NCBI RefSeq assembly: GCF_018977255.1
Contig: NW_024704743.1
Location: 53,632,001-53,696,000, forward strand
Direction of reading: 5' to 3'
DNA: 64,000 nucleotides
Source: Callorhinchus milii
Lineage: Eukaryota
Both the position numbers and the translations under genes were made by a program. The notes beneath the pieces were generated by a model. The model ran no database searches, was not told the DNA's origin, and was given only the letters and a program-made list of their open reading frames with translations. Shown here piece after piece: positions 40,034 through 55,300 of this stretch; within the stretch, counting starts at the first letter, position 1, and the number at the start of each line of letters is the position of its first letter.

Positions 40034-42059
40034 ATGACCAAAGGACCTTATAATAATAATAATCCTTGCATTTGATATATTGTCATGTTTAGTCATGGTA
40101 GCTCATACAATTGTTAGTGAGTTGAAGTGGTGCACTGATAGCAGTGAAGGGGAGATTGACCGAGGTTGCTCAGGTCATTTGTCTTGATGGAAAGGAATAT
40201 ACAGTATCTGAAAGAAGGAGCTTCACCTAAATGAGAAACTGGGTGGAGATGAGATGGGCACAATAAGACAGGTTTCACTTGAAATGTGCAATCCCTGAAG
40301 CATTCAAACCTATGTTTTTTGTAGATTTGTACAGAGAGATGAAACCTCTCAGTTGAATCGGGTTAAATGGTTTGCCAAGAAATGCACTGATTGGATCTGG
40401 ATTCCTATGGAAATATATCCACAGCTTACTGTGAGCAAAATGAAATGGACCACTTGTCCAAACAAAAATCTTATACAGAGCAATTCAATGTCTAAAATGT
40501 GTTTATTCGTCTAGCATTTCTTTTGTTCTTATGTTCTTATGAATTCCCTCAAAAGTTATATTAAAGGACAGTTTACCTTCATTCTTACAAAAAAATTAAA
40601 TACCCCACAAAAGTCCAATTACTACAGTTTATAGTGACTCATATGAAGCTACTGGAAAAGCGCTGTATCAAATGCAAGCACTGTTATTTAGTAAATACAA
40701 AAACTTGTGCTAAACCTAATCTCAAAAGTGATGATTTAGATTTAGATAAACTGTACCTATATAATCAGAATTCAGTTATATTCCACTATATATAAGAACA
40801 TAAGAACATAAAAAATGCTAGACAAAGAAAAAAATAGTTCGCCTTCCACCCTTCTGGCGGTCGCATGCACATTTGTCCCAAACTACCTGTGTACTGTATC
40901 CCATAATGTTATTTCTTAAAAGAAAACTATCTAATTTGTGTCCCTCCCTTCCCTCCCCTCACCCTGACCATTTCCCCCCTGTTCGGGTCCTGACCCAACT
41001 GTACAGCGCCTCGGGACGTCCTCCCGACGTGAAAGGCGCTCTATAAATGGAATCTTGTTGTTGTTGTTGTTGAAAGAATCAACGCATCCTGCTTCAACGG
41101 TCTCTCTAGGGAGCCTGTTCCACAGGTTCACTATTCGCTCACTGAAATAGTGTTTGCGTAGATTAATTCTAAATTTACCCCCGTAAATGCATAGATTTAT
41201 TCTGAAATTCCTTCCCGGATACCCATCAATTCCAGTGATAGTGTTTGCTCTTACGATAACCACCTCTCTCTCTTACAGAGAGATTACGAATGCAAATTCC
41301 TCTTTAATGTCATTTTAACTGTTTACGGCAATGTTTACAACTGTTTACAAGCAAAGCAGACAGAAATATTTAATGTTTGTACCAGAAATGTAAATTGAAC
41401 TGAGACGGGAAAACTATCTAATCTGTCTTTGGTTGTAATTCAGGTACAATACTAATTAATGCAGTGCTGTGTACGCCATTGGGAATTCCTACATAGTGAA
41501 ACATTAGTATCAACTGTGGTCAGTAACTGTAAGCAGATTGGGCAAGAGAGTCTGTACATTTCTCATGCTGTCAAGGAACATTACCGGAACACAGACAGAC
41601 ACCAAAGGAACAGGAGGTGATGCAGGAAGTAGCACTGTGATTGATTCAGAACAACGTTAACTGCTCTCTTAAAGAGATTTTATTACCAGGTTCTTTCTCC
41701 TCTTATTTTAGTGACTTTTTTTTTCTATTTTAAAGCAGTTCTGTATAGAGTTTGAGGATTCAATTAGAGCAGTCATGGTTTAACGCAAATAACTCAGCAT
41801 GTCTGTCCCAACTTCCTGTGATTCAACGGGAGGGACCTCAGTTTCATGTTTCTGGAGTTTCTTTTGAGGCATTAGTGGCTTTCATCAAGCTATTACAATG
41901 GCAGGCAGAATCCTTCCCACTTACACATTCCCAGTTTGTGTTGTGCTCTGTGTTGTTTTAATTTACAATTCGGACACAAATATTAAAACGTTAAATATTT
42001 CTGTTCTATCTGCTCTGATTACAAACTACCTTCATTTTCTCACAAACTTCCTGATATGG

Positions 42060-42380
42060 TGCTAGCCTGGCTCAGTTGGTAGAGCTCTTGCCTCTGAGTC
42101 AGAAGATTGCAAGACCTAGTCTCATATTGGGACTTGGAGCTCACAGTAGGCTGACACTCCAGTGCAGGACTGCATTGCTGGAGGTGCCGCCTTTTGGATG
42201 AAACATGAAACTGAGACCCGTCTGTTTGTTCAGATGCAAATTAAAGATTACATGGCTCTACTTGAAAAGAGAAGGGAGTTTCTCCTGTTGTCCTGGCCAA
42301 CAATCTCTCAGTTATTAATAATAAGAATAAGAATAGATCATTCACTGTCTGGCTATGTGATATGCCAAATTAGCGGGTGT
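42060..42380 (+). mobile_element. Deu-domain-like SINE with tRNA-like head
   Basis: GGCTCAGTTGGTAGAGCTCTTGCCTCTGAGTCAGAAG head followed by the Deu-like core. Confidence 0.6.
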
Positions 42381-43729
42381 GTTTAGTTGACATAAGGAGT
42401 GCTCTGCACTGTTCGGTGAGAGGATAGAGAACTCACTGAGTTGCGTTAGCTTTACATTGTGTAAGCCTGGCATTAAACCTAATCCCTCACAAGATCGTAT
42501 GACTCTCTTGTTGCTCCTGAAAACGAGAACATTAATGAGGGAATAATTCGAAATATGTATAAGTTATAAAAAAGGACAGTACTTTGGTTAGCTTTGTCTG
42601 CAGTACAAGCAAAATGGACAGGAAATCTGTGACTCATCTGCAGTGATGTTTGGGGGCAATTCTATTCTGAGTTGCACTGAAAGTCACTGTGTTTGTACTT
42701 GCAGATAAAGTGCAAGTATCTACAAAAGAGAAAACTTGCAAGCATTATTATATCATTGTCTATTATTTTACCGGATCATGTATTTCACCCAAGTTAGTAA
42801 AATCCAAGCTGGTGCATTTTATTAACAGTTCACATGGTGTCCGATTGCCATTTGTTAAACTTGAATTGTGATAGTCAGAAAGAGTGCAGTGGGTGTGTGT
42901 GTGTGTGCGGTGGGGGGGGGGTTGAAACACAGAGGGTGAGCATAGATCAGACTTCACTTTACTATTGCAAACCTCTGCTACAATTGCCATTTGTAAATGT
43001 ATGTGTCTGTTTTGGAAGGCTGATGTTTGCAGATGTGTGGGAATGAGTAAGGATTATTATTATTATTCAGATATTATTATTTTAGATATCTATCCGGTTC
43101 TTTCTTGAAGGCTTATATGGCTCACAACCATTACCTAAAACGTGATGCGCTTGAATGGACTGTGATGGGTTTTGTTTGCAAAGAACAAGTAGAAATGTTC
43201 ATAAAATAAATGAATGAATAAATAAAATAAAAATAAACAAGTAAACAAATGAACAAATAAATAAACAAACACAAATAACGATTTGGAGCAATAGTTAGCA
43301 CGGGGCAAAGCGGGCGATTTGGTGTTTTGTTTACTCAGAGTTGTTGGGATGTGGAATGTGCTGCCCGATATGGTGGTCAAGGTAAGATCCATATAAGCTT
43401 TCAAGAAGGAACTGAATAGATATTTAAAATGATTAATAATAATACTTATATTTGGTATAGATCCTTTCATAGCAGAGGATACCTCAAAGCACTTCACAGG
43501 ATACACTGTAAAGTGTGTTACTGTGAAGTGAAGTGACTGTATTTGTAAACAAATGCCTTATAGAGTGTGAAGAAAAGGCAGATAAATTGGACTAAATGGA
43601 TTACTCTTTCAAAGACACTATGGGCCGAGTGGCCTTATTCTGTGCTAAATTTCTTTGATTGTATAAAATGTGCAGATTTGATGTTATTGAGAAGATGGTA
43701 GGACTGGTATTCTGGAGAGATAAGATAAT

Positions 43730-44298
<569 letters not shown>

Positions 44299-46189
44299 AA
44301 GATTAAATGGGTTTAAGGGCCTATTTAATTTGATCCTCTCTCATCATCAAACAAAGGGAATTGTGTGCAAAATCAATGTTGCTTTTTTAAAAAAATCCCA
44401 CAAGTTAAATTCTCATCTGAACTGAGTTTTTAATCAGTATGATGGTGGTGACTCGAAATAATGTCAGTGTAAATTGTTGGTGGATTCGCACTGTATTCCA
44501 CCCAAACCATCACTCCTCTTGCCTCTCCTAATCTGATCACTAAATCTGCCACATCAATCCCATTTTACCTGCTATCTGCAGTACTTCTTCACACAATATA
44601 ATAATATAATACCAATTCTTATACTTTTGATGTAGTGCCTTATCATGTCATTGGGATGTCTGAAAGCACTTCACAGGATATGCTGTGTGTATTTTGTGGG
44701 TGAATGTGGCAGTCAATTTGCGCAAAGCAATGTCCCACAAACAGCCATGGAGTGAGTGACCATTTTTTAAAATTTGGCGGCATTTGTTGGCCAGGACACT
44801 TGGAGAGAGAAACTCCCTTCTCTTTTTGAATAGTGCTATGCGATCTTGAACATCTGCCTGAACAGGCAGATGGGACCTCGGTTTAACATCTCATCTGAAA
44901 GGATGGGAACTCAAGTAACAATTATTCATGTGTGAGCTTTGACAATGAGTGTTAACAATCTATTCAACTACTGGGAACATCATAGCCAAGCTGGGTTCCG
45001 GCCTCAACCAATAAACATACAAGCACAACTCTCCAGCAACTCTAGAGAGTGACCAGAAGTGGAAATCCTCACTGATGTCCCTCTCCCTAAACCAGGGAAC
45101 CTGAAGCAATTTTAACTCCCCAACTACTACCCACAGCTGAGTGTGGACAGACCTGGGTTCAAATCTGCAATCTTGTATTCTTTTTGATCTAGTGCTACTC
45201 CACATAAGTTAATATTTACCCCTTTCCGGCACCTTGGGACGTCCTCCCAACACGAAAGGCGCTATACAAATGTAATTTTGTTGTTGTTGTTGTTGTTAGA
45301 TCATAAGAGAATCTCTTGCCATTTATCTTGCTGGAAATTGTGTGAAATTATGAGATTTCCTTCCTGTGAAATTGTATTACTATTGTTCAAATGATTTACT
45401 CAAGTTGATTGGCATCTCATGAATTCCTGGAATGTTCCCAGATAGCTGTGTGCATAAAAGCTTGCTGGGGTTTAAGCTATCTGATAACTCATGGTCTTAG
45501 CCCGAGAGCTGTTTTAGTATTGGTAAAAAAATGTGGTTATTTGAACTGGACAGCCAGAGCATCGTGATTGATACTTGTTATTATACAAAGGGACAGTTCT
45601 AAAAAGAAGCCACGCTTCTAACATTAGCTTTTCAAGCTGCGTGATTAAATTGCTTGAAGTTAATGAATATTATTAATATTTTCATGAATATATGTGTAAT
45701 TATGTTTCTAGTTGTCCAATTTGAACTTGCAGCCTTGCACACCTCATTAAATTTGTACTTCATACGAATAAGGAGATGACATAACACAAGGAATGAGTTG
45801 CCATTTTTTTTTCATGTTTTCAAGTGTTACTAGGAACATTGATACCTCTTTGTTGCCAATTTACTTCCTCCCCTCTCCCTCTCCTCCTCGTCTTTCCCTC
45901 TCCTTCTCCTGAAAATGCTGGCTGTTGCTGAGTTACCTTTATGTATACCTCACTCAAGCAGTAAGTTCATCATTGTTGAGCCTAAATAATGACTGTCTAT
46001 TCAATCAAGAGGGCTGTCACAGTGGAGCTTAGTCCTATCGTCATCTGACATCCACAAATATGGATTTTCCAGCAGGATTCAGTGGAGTTCAGTATTCAGG
46101 AGCAGGAACCTTGGGTAATTTCTCCTTAGCCTACTGGTTAGGGACCGGAGATGTAGGAAGCACAGATGGGGATTGAACCTAACCCCTAG

Positions 46190-46560
46190 GTTATGTACAG
46201 ATTTGGTAAGTGTTAGAGTAAGGTTGGGGAGTTTGAGGAGGTCAGAGTCGCAGGAGAAACGATGTTGATGGGAGCCGAGGACTATGGTTTCTGTCTTGTC
46301 GACGTTCAGCTACAGGAAGTTTGCACTCAATCAGGCTTTGACAAACAAGCTGACAGGACATCAGTGGACCTGAAGTCACAGCTGGATGAGGAGAAGTAGA
46401 TTTGTGTGTCATCCACATACATGTGGATGTTTAGCCCATGTCTGCGATGACATTGCCGAGAGGGAGCATGTAAATAAGGAAAAGAAGGGGGCCAAGGATT
46501 GAGCTTTGGGATACGCCACAGGTGACTGCAGAGGCAGGAGGAAAAAATGTTTGTGGAGAC
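46190..46560 (-). mobile_element. L2 RT fragment
   Basis: GVSQSSILGPLLFLIYMLPLG followed by a YADD-like segment on the minus strand. Confidence 0.7.
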
Positions 46561-47809
46561 AAAGTGATAACCATTGCTTCATGGTCATCACTTCTTCTCC
46601 ACAAACGTTTTTTCCTCCTGCCCCTCTCGGCAATGTCATCCCAGACATGGGGTAAACTCCACAAACGTTCTTTTGTGTTTTTTTTCCTCCATACACATAT
46701 GGTCTTCAAGAGAACACAATGCCTCTCTCTTCCCTATTAGAAATAAATTGCTGCAAGCTACAGTTGAACTTTTCAACAATCTCACATAATAGCAGCACTG
46801 GACACAGAATCTTTGCTGTGTTATATTATCGTGACAATTCCATAAATGTGCAGGATTCAGACTCCATCTAGTGGCTGCATAAATACAGTCTAACAGTAAT
46901 GTTTTTCAAGAGTTCCGGGAATTTCACTCTAGACACATATAATGAGAAACATGACAGCATAAAAACAACATAGGAATCTATGGACCAAATGATACATTTA
47001 ACGATGAGGCCGGAATGGGATCACTTCTGATTAACTTAGGCACGAGAGTTTGATAGATGTTTGTTGGTGCCCTCCAATGAAATTGGCTTTAAAACAACAA
47101 CTTGCATTTATGTACCAGGGTATATGTGCGGTAGCATCTTGGACAGCTTAATTCACCCACTGCCGCTGAAACTTTTATTCATGTCTCTGTTACATCTCAT
47201 TTAGACTTTTCCAAGCTGGTCTCCCAAACGCCACAAGCTGCAGTTTAACCAAAACGACCCTGACCACATCCTCACCACACACCAGAGTCCGCACACCAAT
47301 CATTTCAATCCTCGCCAGGCTCTACTGGCTCCCTAGCTCCCAACAGACCGATTTCAAGTTCCTCAGATTCACTCCCTATCACCTCCTTATCTCGCTGATC
47401 TTCTCCTACCTTAGTATCCATGTCCCTTTTAATAATAATAATAATCCTTGCATTTGATATAGCGCTTTTCACGTCTGCTAGACGTCTCAAAGCGCTTCAC
47501 TTAGCTTTTCGTTTAAAATTTTCATTTAAAATTAGTTTAGCTTTTGTTCAGCTAGCTCAGTGCACTTTTGTTCAGTGCACTCCCTGCTTTCCCTCTCTGC
47601 ACCAGCATGGGTGGCCAAGCCTTCAATTCCTACACACCTGAGTCCTAACCTCTATTCCTCCATCACACCCTCTCTGCTTTTAAATTCCACCTCAAATCCT
47701 ATCTCTTTGAACACACCAGTGGCTACTTCCCCTCCCCCTCTCCCTTGCTTGGTTTTCAACCCTGCCCTTGTATAGGTCCTGGAACAAGTTGTTGCTTCTC
47801 AGCTTCGCT

Positions 47810-48475
47810 CCTTCTTCAGTTGAATGTTCTCCTGATTGGCTCCCATCAGCACCTCCTCACCTCAGGCGCTGACAGCATCACCATCCATGGTTGCACATTC
47901 CACCTTACTAAGCCAGTCCAGAACATTGGGGTTTTGTTTGACCCTCAACTATCCTTTCTACCCCACATCTGTGGCATGACCCACTCTGCCTTCCCCAACT
48001 TCCGCAACATTGCCCGACTCCACCACTGTCTCACACCGCAGGCTGCAGAAACCCTCATACATGCTTTCATTGCATCGAGGCTTGACTATGCAAACTCCCT
48101 GCTTGTCAGCCTCCCCAACCCCTCTCTCCACAGGCTGCAGATCATCCAGAATTCTGAGCCCGTGTCCTCTCCTGCACCAGGCTCCGCGACCTTATCACCC
48201 CCATCCTTGCCCAACTCCACTGGCTTCCCATCACACAGAGGGTACAGTTCAAGATCCTGTTCCTCAAACTTCAAGGCCCTCCATGGTCTTGCTCTTCCCT
48301 ATCTCTCCGACCTCCTAACCCCCTCCAATCCTGCTCGCTCCCTCTGCTCAGCGGGCTCCGGCCTGCTTCACATCCCCCGCCTCGCTCGTCCCACTATTGG
48401 CAGACGGGCCTTCTGCCACTCTGCCGATGTGAAAGATGCTATACAAATGTAATTTTGTTGTTGTTGTTGTTGTTA
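47810..48475 (+). mobile_element. L2 LINE 3' fragment
   Basis: Very similar to 410-970; AETLIHAFIASRLDYANSLL; (TTG)n tail. Confidence 0.85.
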
Positions 48476-51400
48476 TATCAGTCTGAGATGTTATCTTAAA
48501 TGAAGCATACTATATTAATGCAACTTGCTGTCATTATTAATATGTGATCTTTGACAGTGAGTGTCAGTAGGTTATTTGGCTGCAGAGGGTGTGATGGTAC
48601 ATCCCTATCCTGTTGTCACCACGATGTCCACACATCTGCATTATCCAGCAGATGTCTATAATAATAATACTAATAGATAGTAATCTGGGATGAGAACTCT
48701 CGCTCATTTACCCCTCCCCACTCATGTAGGCTGCGGTCAATTGCAGTGCGTTGCAGGATTTGAAAGTGAAATCTATTGTCAAGTTTTGCAATCGAGTTCA
48801 AGGTGCTTGTCCTCACCTTTAAAGCCTTCCATGCTCTATCCTTCCTTCACGACCTATTAAATCTTTACTAACCTGTCCGCTCCCTCCACTCTGCAGGCAC
48901 TGGCTTGCTTCACATCCCCCACCTGATTGCTCCACTCTCGGCGATTTGACATTCAGCCTGTCTGCACCCACCCTCTAGAGCTCCATCCTGGAGTCATAAC
49001 ATAACATAACATGTAGGAGCAGGAGTAGGCCATTCGGCCCTTCGAGCCTGCCCCGCCATTCAATCATGGCTGATCTTCTAATCTAACTCCAGCTAATAAC
49101 CTGACCCTGCCTTATCCCATATCCCTTAATCCCTTTTGCAATAACAAATCTATCTATCTCAGTCTTGAATATATCCCTCCATCTCGTCCTCTCCTTCAAG
49201 ACCCAGCTCAAAACCTACCCTTACGACCGTGTCTTTGGTCATCCCTCCTTCCCCCTCACCTTGCACTCCACCCTGCTTTGAACCCAACCCGCAGCTCAGG
49301 TACAAACCACTCACTGTCCAGAGCCTTAGGATATCCTCCGATGTGAAAGGCACTATATAAATGCAATTTGTTGTTGTTGCAGTAATTTTATGAAAAGAAA
49401 TAAACAGATGCTGATGGTAAGAAATTACTTGATGCACTGAAATTTGCCAATGTCATTGTTTTGTTTTCATATATGTTGTTGAAAGATTTTTTCAGAAACT
49501 GACAGAATTTACAGAATGTAAATATGGCTCCATTTGCTCCAGTCAAACTCAAACCTAGTAACTGTGAATATTAAATGTACTTCTCAGGCGATAATGTTTC
49601 AAATACTTTTTATTTACTTATATCCATAATTCAAGTCTTCAATGAAAATACATAAATTATTAAAATAAATATAACACCATTTATAGAAAATATATAAATA
49701 AACGAGTACATTTTATAAAAAATAAATAAAAGTACCGTAGAAATAAATACTAGCAAGAAAAGTTTTTCTACACACAATATTGCATTGATTCAACATAGTT
49801 TCTACACTGAATTACAACAGCAGAATAATAAGGGGTGGAATGTATGTATTTTTCCCCTTATTATTCTGTTGAACGTTATAATTATCGAAACCTCTACTAC
49901 TCCGCCCAGCCCACTCCCACCCTCCATAACTGTTTGATCCAGAGGAACTGACAGTGATTTATTTGGTTTGGAGCACAGCTCACATAACCAACTATAAAAG
50001 GGTGCTTCCAGATTCAATTAAACATGCATTGCTGTAGCATAACTTTTAAATTTAAATACTTTGAGATTAAGATTTCCCAGGCAGTCTACTTGATTGCCTT
50101 TAATATTATTAGAGCACTTGCTCTTTGATGTCTTTAATACTTAACTTGCAGTCAGTGCCAGGTAGAGGAACTCTGTGCATCCAATATAGGTTCAGATGTG
50201 CAGAGCCTTCCTTTATTTAGACAATAAAAACAACTTTGCAGTAAGTATCACAATGAATTGGCAATTGCAGTATTACTGCCGCATAAAAATCATTTTACAT
50301 AGTTCAATATTACAAAAAATTGTTTTATGAGCAAACAATAAATAAAATATTATAGTGCATAAATATCACATTACTTATCAAATTTCAAAAAATAAATAAA
50401 ATGAAATAAATACTAAACAATAAAAAATTCAAAATTGTTAAACAATATTGTCAATATAACTGCAAACTTTGCCTGTGATAAACTAAAGGAGATGTTTCAG
50501 CAGCTCAGTGCACTGCACTTAGATAGCATTGGTTCTTGAACAGAACAACATTCAGTTACTTCGATAGCAATTTTTTCTCAGATATTCTGAAATGTTCAAT
50601 ATTCATACATTTAGATAATTGCCTCCCTTTCTTACAGATATTACAAGCCAGGGGACAGAGAATACATAAATTATTAAAATAAATATAACACCATTTACAG
50701 AAAATATGACATTTTTCTAAAATCTGAACTCCAAATACAGTCTGTTCAAGCTAATATATATCTTTCCAGTGGGTGACTATGTAAACTTGACCACCTTAAA
50801 AGTTGTATGCACACCAATGGATGGTCCATGAACACTCAGAAAATGTTTACTACTCTTATTCAACAGGTGGTGATACAAACACCTTTTTAACAACATACAA
50901 AATAATAAAACATCAGTATCAATATTAACAAGTATAGCTGTGCTAGGCTTGAAAACCCAACCAGTTCACCTACATATAGTATCATTTTGTCTTATAATTT
51001 AAGATGGCACAGAATCGTGGAAAATTCTTAAATTCATTCTTAATTTGAAAGCCAGTTTCATTTAAGTACTGCAGAAAACTGGGTTCCAGATGAAGACTGA
51101 ATTTGAAAACGTTTTCACAATTTTGTACTTACATTTTAGAACAGAATCATCTCATGGGTGAAATATTAGATGGAATTTCAGACCTCGAAAGACCAAAACT
51201 CTTCTCAGCCCATTGTGAGAGCAATCGGTACCGGGTTGTACAAATTTAGTGCTCTGCTCTGAAACACTCTACTGTTGGAAGCAGGCCTTTAACACTGAAT
51301 TCACTCATCCAGATAAATAAATAAATTATTAAATAAATAATGTTAATTCTCTGCAGACACTGAAACTCATGAGACACGATAACTTCACTAAATGACAACT

Positions 51401-52385
51401 GCTCTCAGCTTGGTGTCTGATACATACTAAAAGTCATTACCAAGAGTAAGTACAAGGGTATCCAAACTAGGCTGAGAGTTTCATATTGCGTGCCACCTAC
51501 ACATGGGATTTTCCCGTTGTCTGGAATAGAATACCTTGCAATTGAGTTTACTGTCTGTTAAGCTTCCTGCTGCCTATTCAGCGAGGAATGTACTTTAGGG
51601 CTATGATTTGCAGGCTTAACGGAGCTGAATGGAAACATCCCTGCGTGTTTAAACACATATTATATACACAACAAACTTAACCTGCATTGCGATCTTGCTG
51701 TCATTGAAAATAACTTCACTGATCAAACTGATTAAACTCCAGCAGTACCCCAACATATACTCTGGGGTCCTCAAGTCATGGCTTTTGCCAATCTGTGCCT
51801 AATACTCAGGAATTAGTTAAGCAGAGTGTGCCCCTCCGAAGACTGTTCCATTTCATACCCAGAAATTTCCTGTATAGGTGGCTTGCATAGAATTCTCAGT
51901 ATAGTTTGGATACTCTTAAGCATGGTAATCGGTATTGCATACGTCAGACACCAGGATGACCAAAAAAACAACCAGAGTGCTTTTTACTTCTTCTCAGCAC
52001 GGTCACACAGGACAGTGTCCAAGCAAAAGTTGTGGTGCACCACAATCCCCAGATACTGATAAGGATCAACATTTGGGATGGATGTCCCTATGTCTTCCAA
52101 TCAATATCTTCAAGGTTGCCTTTTATGAGTTGCACAAAGGGATAATACTGCATTAATACCGTGTTGCCCTCCTATCAGTAAAGTGATGCAGTGTGGAGTT
52201 CACTTCCTTCCAACTGAGTGGATCATTTTGGCCTTCAATCTGTACAATAACCTTCGCAAGCTCTTCTACCCTTCAACGTTGCATAATTCTCTTTCTTGAT
52301 GTCAAGGATGCAGTCATAGGTCTGTTGTAGCGCAACTGGACTTACTTAACACCAGCACCAAAATCACCACAACCCAGGGGTAAAT

Positions 52386-55300
52386 TCACAACCTTGGTGC
52401 TGATTTAAAGAATCGAATGGCTCTGAATGTTTTCTCCATGAAAATAGTAAAGTCTCTAAGGATGACGTGGACTTTCACTTGGGTATCCCACTCTACTCCA
52501 GAGGTCAGATTTGCGGCGGAAACCTCCTGCTCACTCATAGCCAGCTGAGTGCTGCCAACCTCGGTTGTTAACTGAAATAACAAAAAAACAGGATAATGAG
52601 TGTCTCAGGCTTCCAGAGCAGCTGTAAATCTATGTCTGCTGTTTCCCCTCTTCTTTTTGAGCTCAGCAAAGTTTACATATTTCATGGTCCTGGGCAGATA
52701 ACAAGATATTTGCAGGCACATTCTTGAAAACCTACCTCGCCAACCTGCTTATACACCATTCCACTACCCACTCCCTGCACTCAGCTGCCTCCAATCTTCT
52801 ACAAATCCATCAATCCCTTAAACTCTGGAACTGTTTGGTTCAATCCATCTACCTTGTCTTTGTCTTGCCACCCCCTTCCCATCTTCCAATTGCACCTGAA
52901 AAACTTCCTCTGTGACCGTCCCTATAGTCACTTCACCTCTCTCTCCAACTTGGCATCAAGTTCCGCCACTGTTTCCAGCGCCTTGGGACGTCCTCCCGAC
53001 GTGAAAGGCGCTATACAAATGTAATCTTGTTGTTATTGTTGTTAACTGCTCTGAGATGCTACTCGCATGAAAGGTGCTATATAAATACAAGTTGTTACAT
53101 ATAGTAGTTTCTGCAGCAAAAGTCCATTTGCACTTACCTGATGTGTGAGAAGCTCAGTTAGACGCTGGACATTGGAGTTCATCCTCACTATTTTATCATT
53201 TGGACTCCCCAAAGAATTCTCCAGCATTGACAAACTTGTCTTGTATTTCATAAGGCCAGTGACAATCGCTTGCAGGCATGTTTGCTGAAGAATAAAGGGA
53301 AGTGTTAAATACAAGCTATTTTGACAAGGTATATTTCTTTGACATTGCACCATAATTTCAAGAAAACACTGAGAGCCAGTAAATTGCACTTTGGAAAGTT
53401 TGAGTTCACTTTTCCTGGTCTCTATCAATCTTGTTACTCATTAACCCCATGCTTGCCACTTTTCCTGGTCTCTATTAATCTTGTTACCCATTAACCCCAT
53501 GCTTGCCAGTCTTATTGGCTCACAACTCCTTGGTGGATCAATGTCAAGAACCCTCGGCTTGACCATCAAATCGCTTTGTGACATTTTTCATCCTACCTCA
53601 GCAATATAATCCAGCATTCTTCTCTTGCCTGTACATTCAGTTCTTCCGATACTCGGCTACAAATGGTTTCTCACTCTCTCCTTCCCACTATTGAATTTTC
53701 ACCCATTAACCACTTGCCCTCTGGAACTCGCTCCCTCAATCTCCTCACCTTGCTCCTTCTCTACCTTGGAAACATTCTCAAACCTTATCTCTTTCACGTA
53801 CGTTTGGTCAGAATCCTCAAATACCCCTTCCTTGCTTGGTGATCCCCATTTTCTTTGTAAAGCACTTTGCAACATGAATGAACTAGAAAAGTGTATTTTA
53901 AGTGCAATTTGCTTTTTTAATTGTCCTCACGTTCCCTCCTTCCCTTCTTGCTAGGAGGTCTTCCCAGCGCCTTGGGACGTCCTCCCGGCGTGAAAGACGC
54001 TATACAAATGTAATTTTTTTTGTTGTTGTTCCTAAAACCCTTCCAGATGTTACACTTTGTGGAGGATGTTAGATAACAATTTGAAGCTATTATCTACAGT
54101 CTACAGTTGTTATCTATTGAAGTTTTGTTAGGGTTACCTATCACATGAGAGATTGACTCACATTAAAAGAAAGAAGTCTTGTGCCCCCCACACACACAAA
54201 CACGCAAGATTATGATTTTCTTTTGCACTAAAACTGCCATTAACCACGTTTGCACTGACCCTATGGTAATACCTGGACCATTGCATTACAAGAAATATAT
54301 TCTAAAACAATCAAACAATAACTATCAGGGGCACTTACCTTGTGGTAATTGGTCCTTGAACACCGGTCTTCAGCCTGTATTTGGGGCAGATGGAGCTGGT
54401 TGCTCAGCAGTTTGCTCCAGTCACCGTCACACTGGGCGAAGTAGTCACACAACTATAAGGCAAAGTGGGGGATGAGAGTGTGTGAGCAGCCAAACTGCTG
54501 GCGGTGTGAGTGAGAGCCTACAGACAGCCTACAGTGAGACCCTACAGACAGACTACAGTGAGAGCCTACAGACAGACTACAGTGAGAGCCTACAGACAGA
54601 CTACAGTGAGAGCCTACAGACAGACTACAGTGAGACCCTACAGACAGCCTACAGTGAGAGTCTACAGACAGACTACAGTGAGAGGCTACAGACAGACTAC
54701 AGTGAGAGGCTACAGACAGACTACAGTGAGAGCCTACAGACAGACTACAGTGAGAGCCTACAGACAGACTACAGTGAGAGGCTACAGACAGACTACAGTG
54801 AGAGGCTACAGACAGACTACAGTGAGAGCCTACAGACTACAGTGAGAGGCTACAGACAGACTACAGTGAGAGCCTACAGACAGACTACAGTGAGAGCCTA
54901 CAGACAGACTACAGTGAGAGGCTACAGACAGACTACAGTGAGAACCTACAGACAGACTACAGTGAGAGCCTACAGACAGACTACAGTGAGAGCCTACAGA
55001 CAGACTACAGTGAGAGGCTACAGACAGACTACAGTGAGAGGCTACAGACAGACTACAGTGAGAGCCTACAGACAGACTACAGTGAGAGGCTACAGACAGA
55101 CTACAGTGAGAACCTACAGACAGACTACAGTGAGAGGCTACAGACAGACTACAGTGAGAACCTACAGACAGACAACAGTGAGAGGCTACAGACAGACTAC
55201 AGTGAGACGCTACAGACAGACTACAGTGAGAACCTACAGACAGACTACAGTGAGAGCCTACAGACAGACTACAGTGAGAGCCTACAGACAGACTACAGTG

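Noticed and set aside
52120..52280. Possible extra IL-6 exon 5 (…DPLSWKEVNSTLHHF…) on the minus strand
   Set aside because: W-to-F spacing and the C-terminal RAIRF motif do not match helix D, and there is no convincing acceptor.
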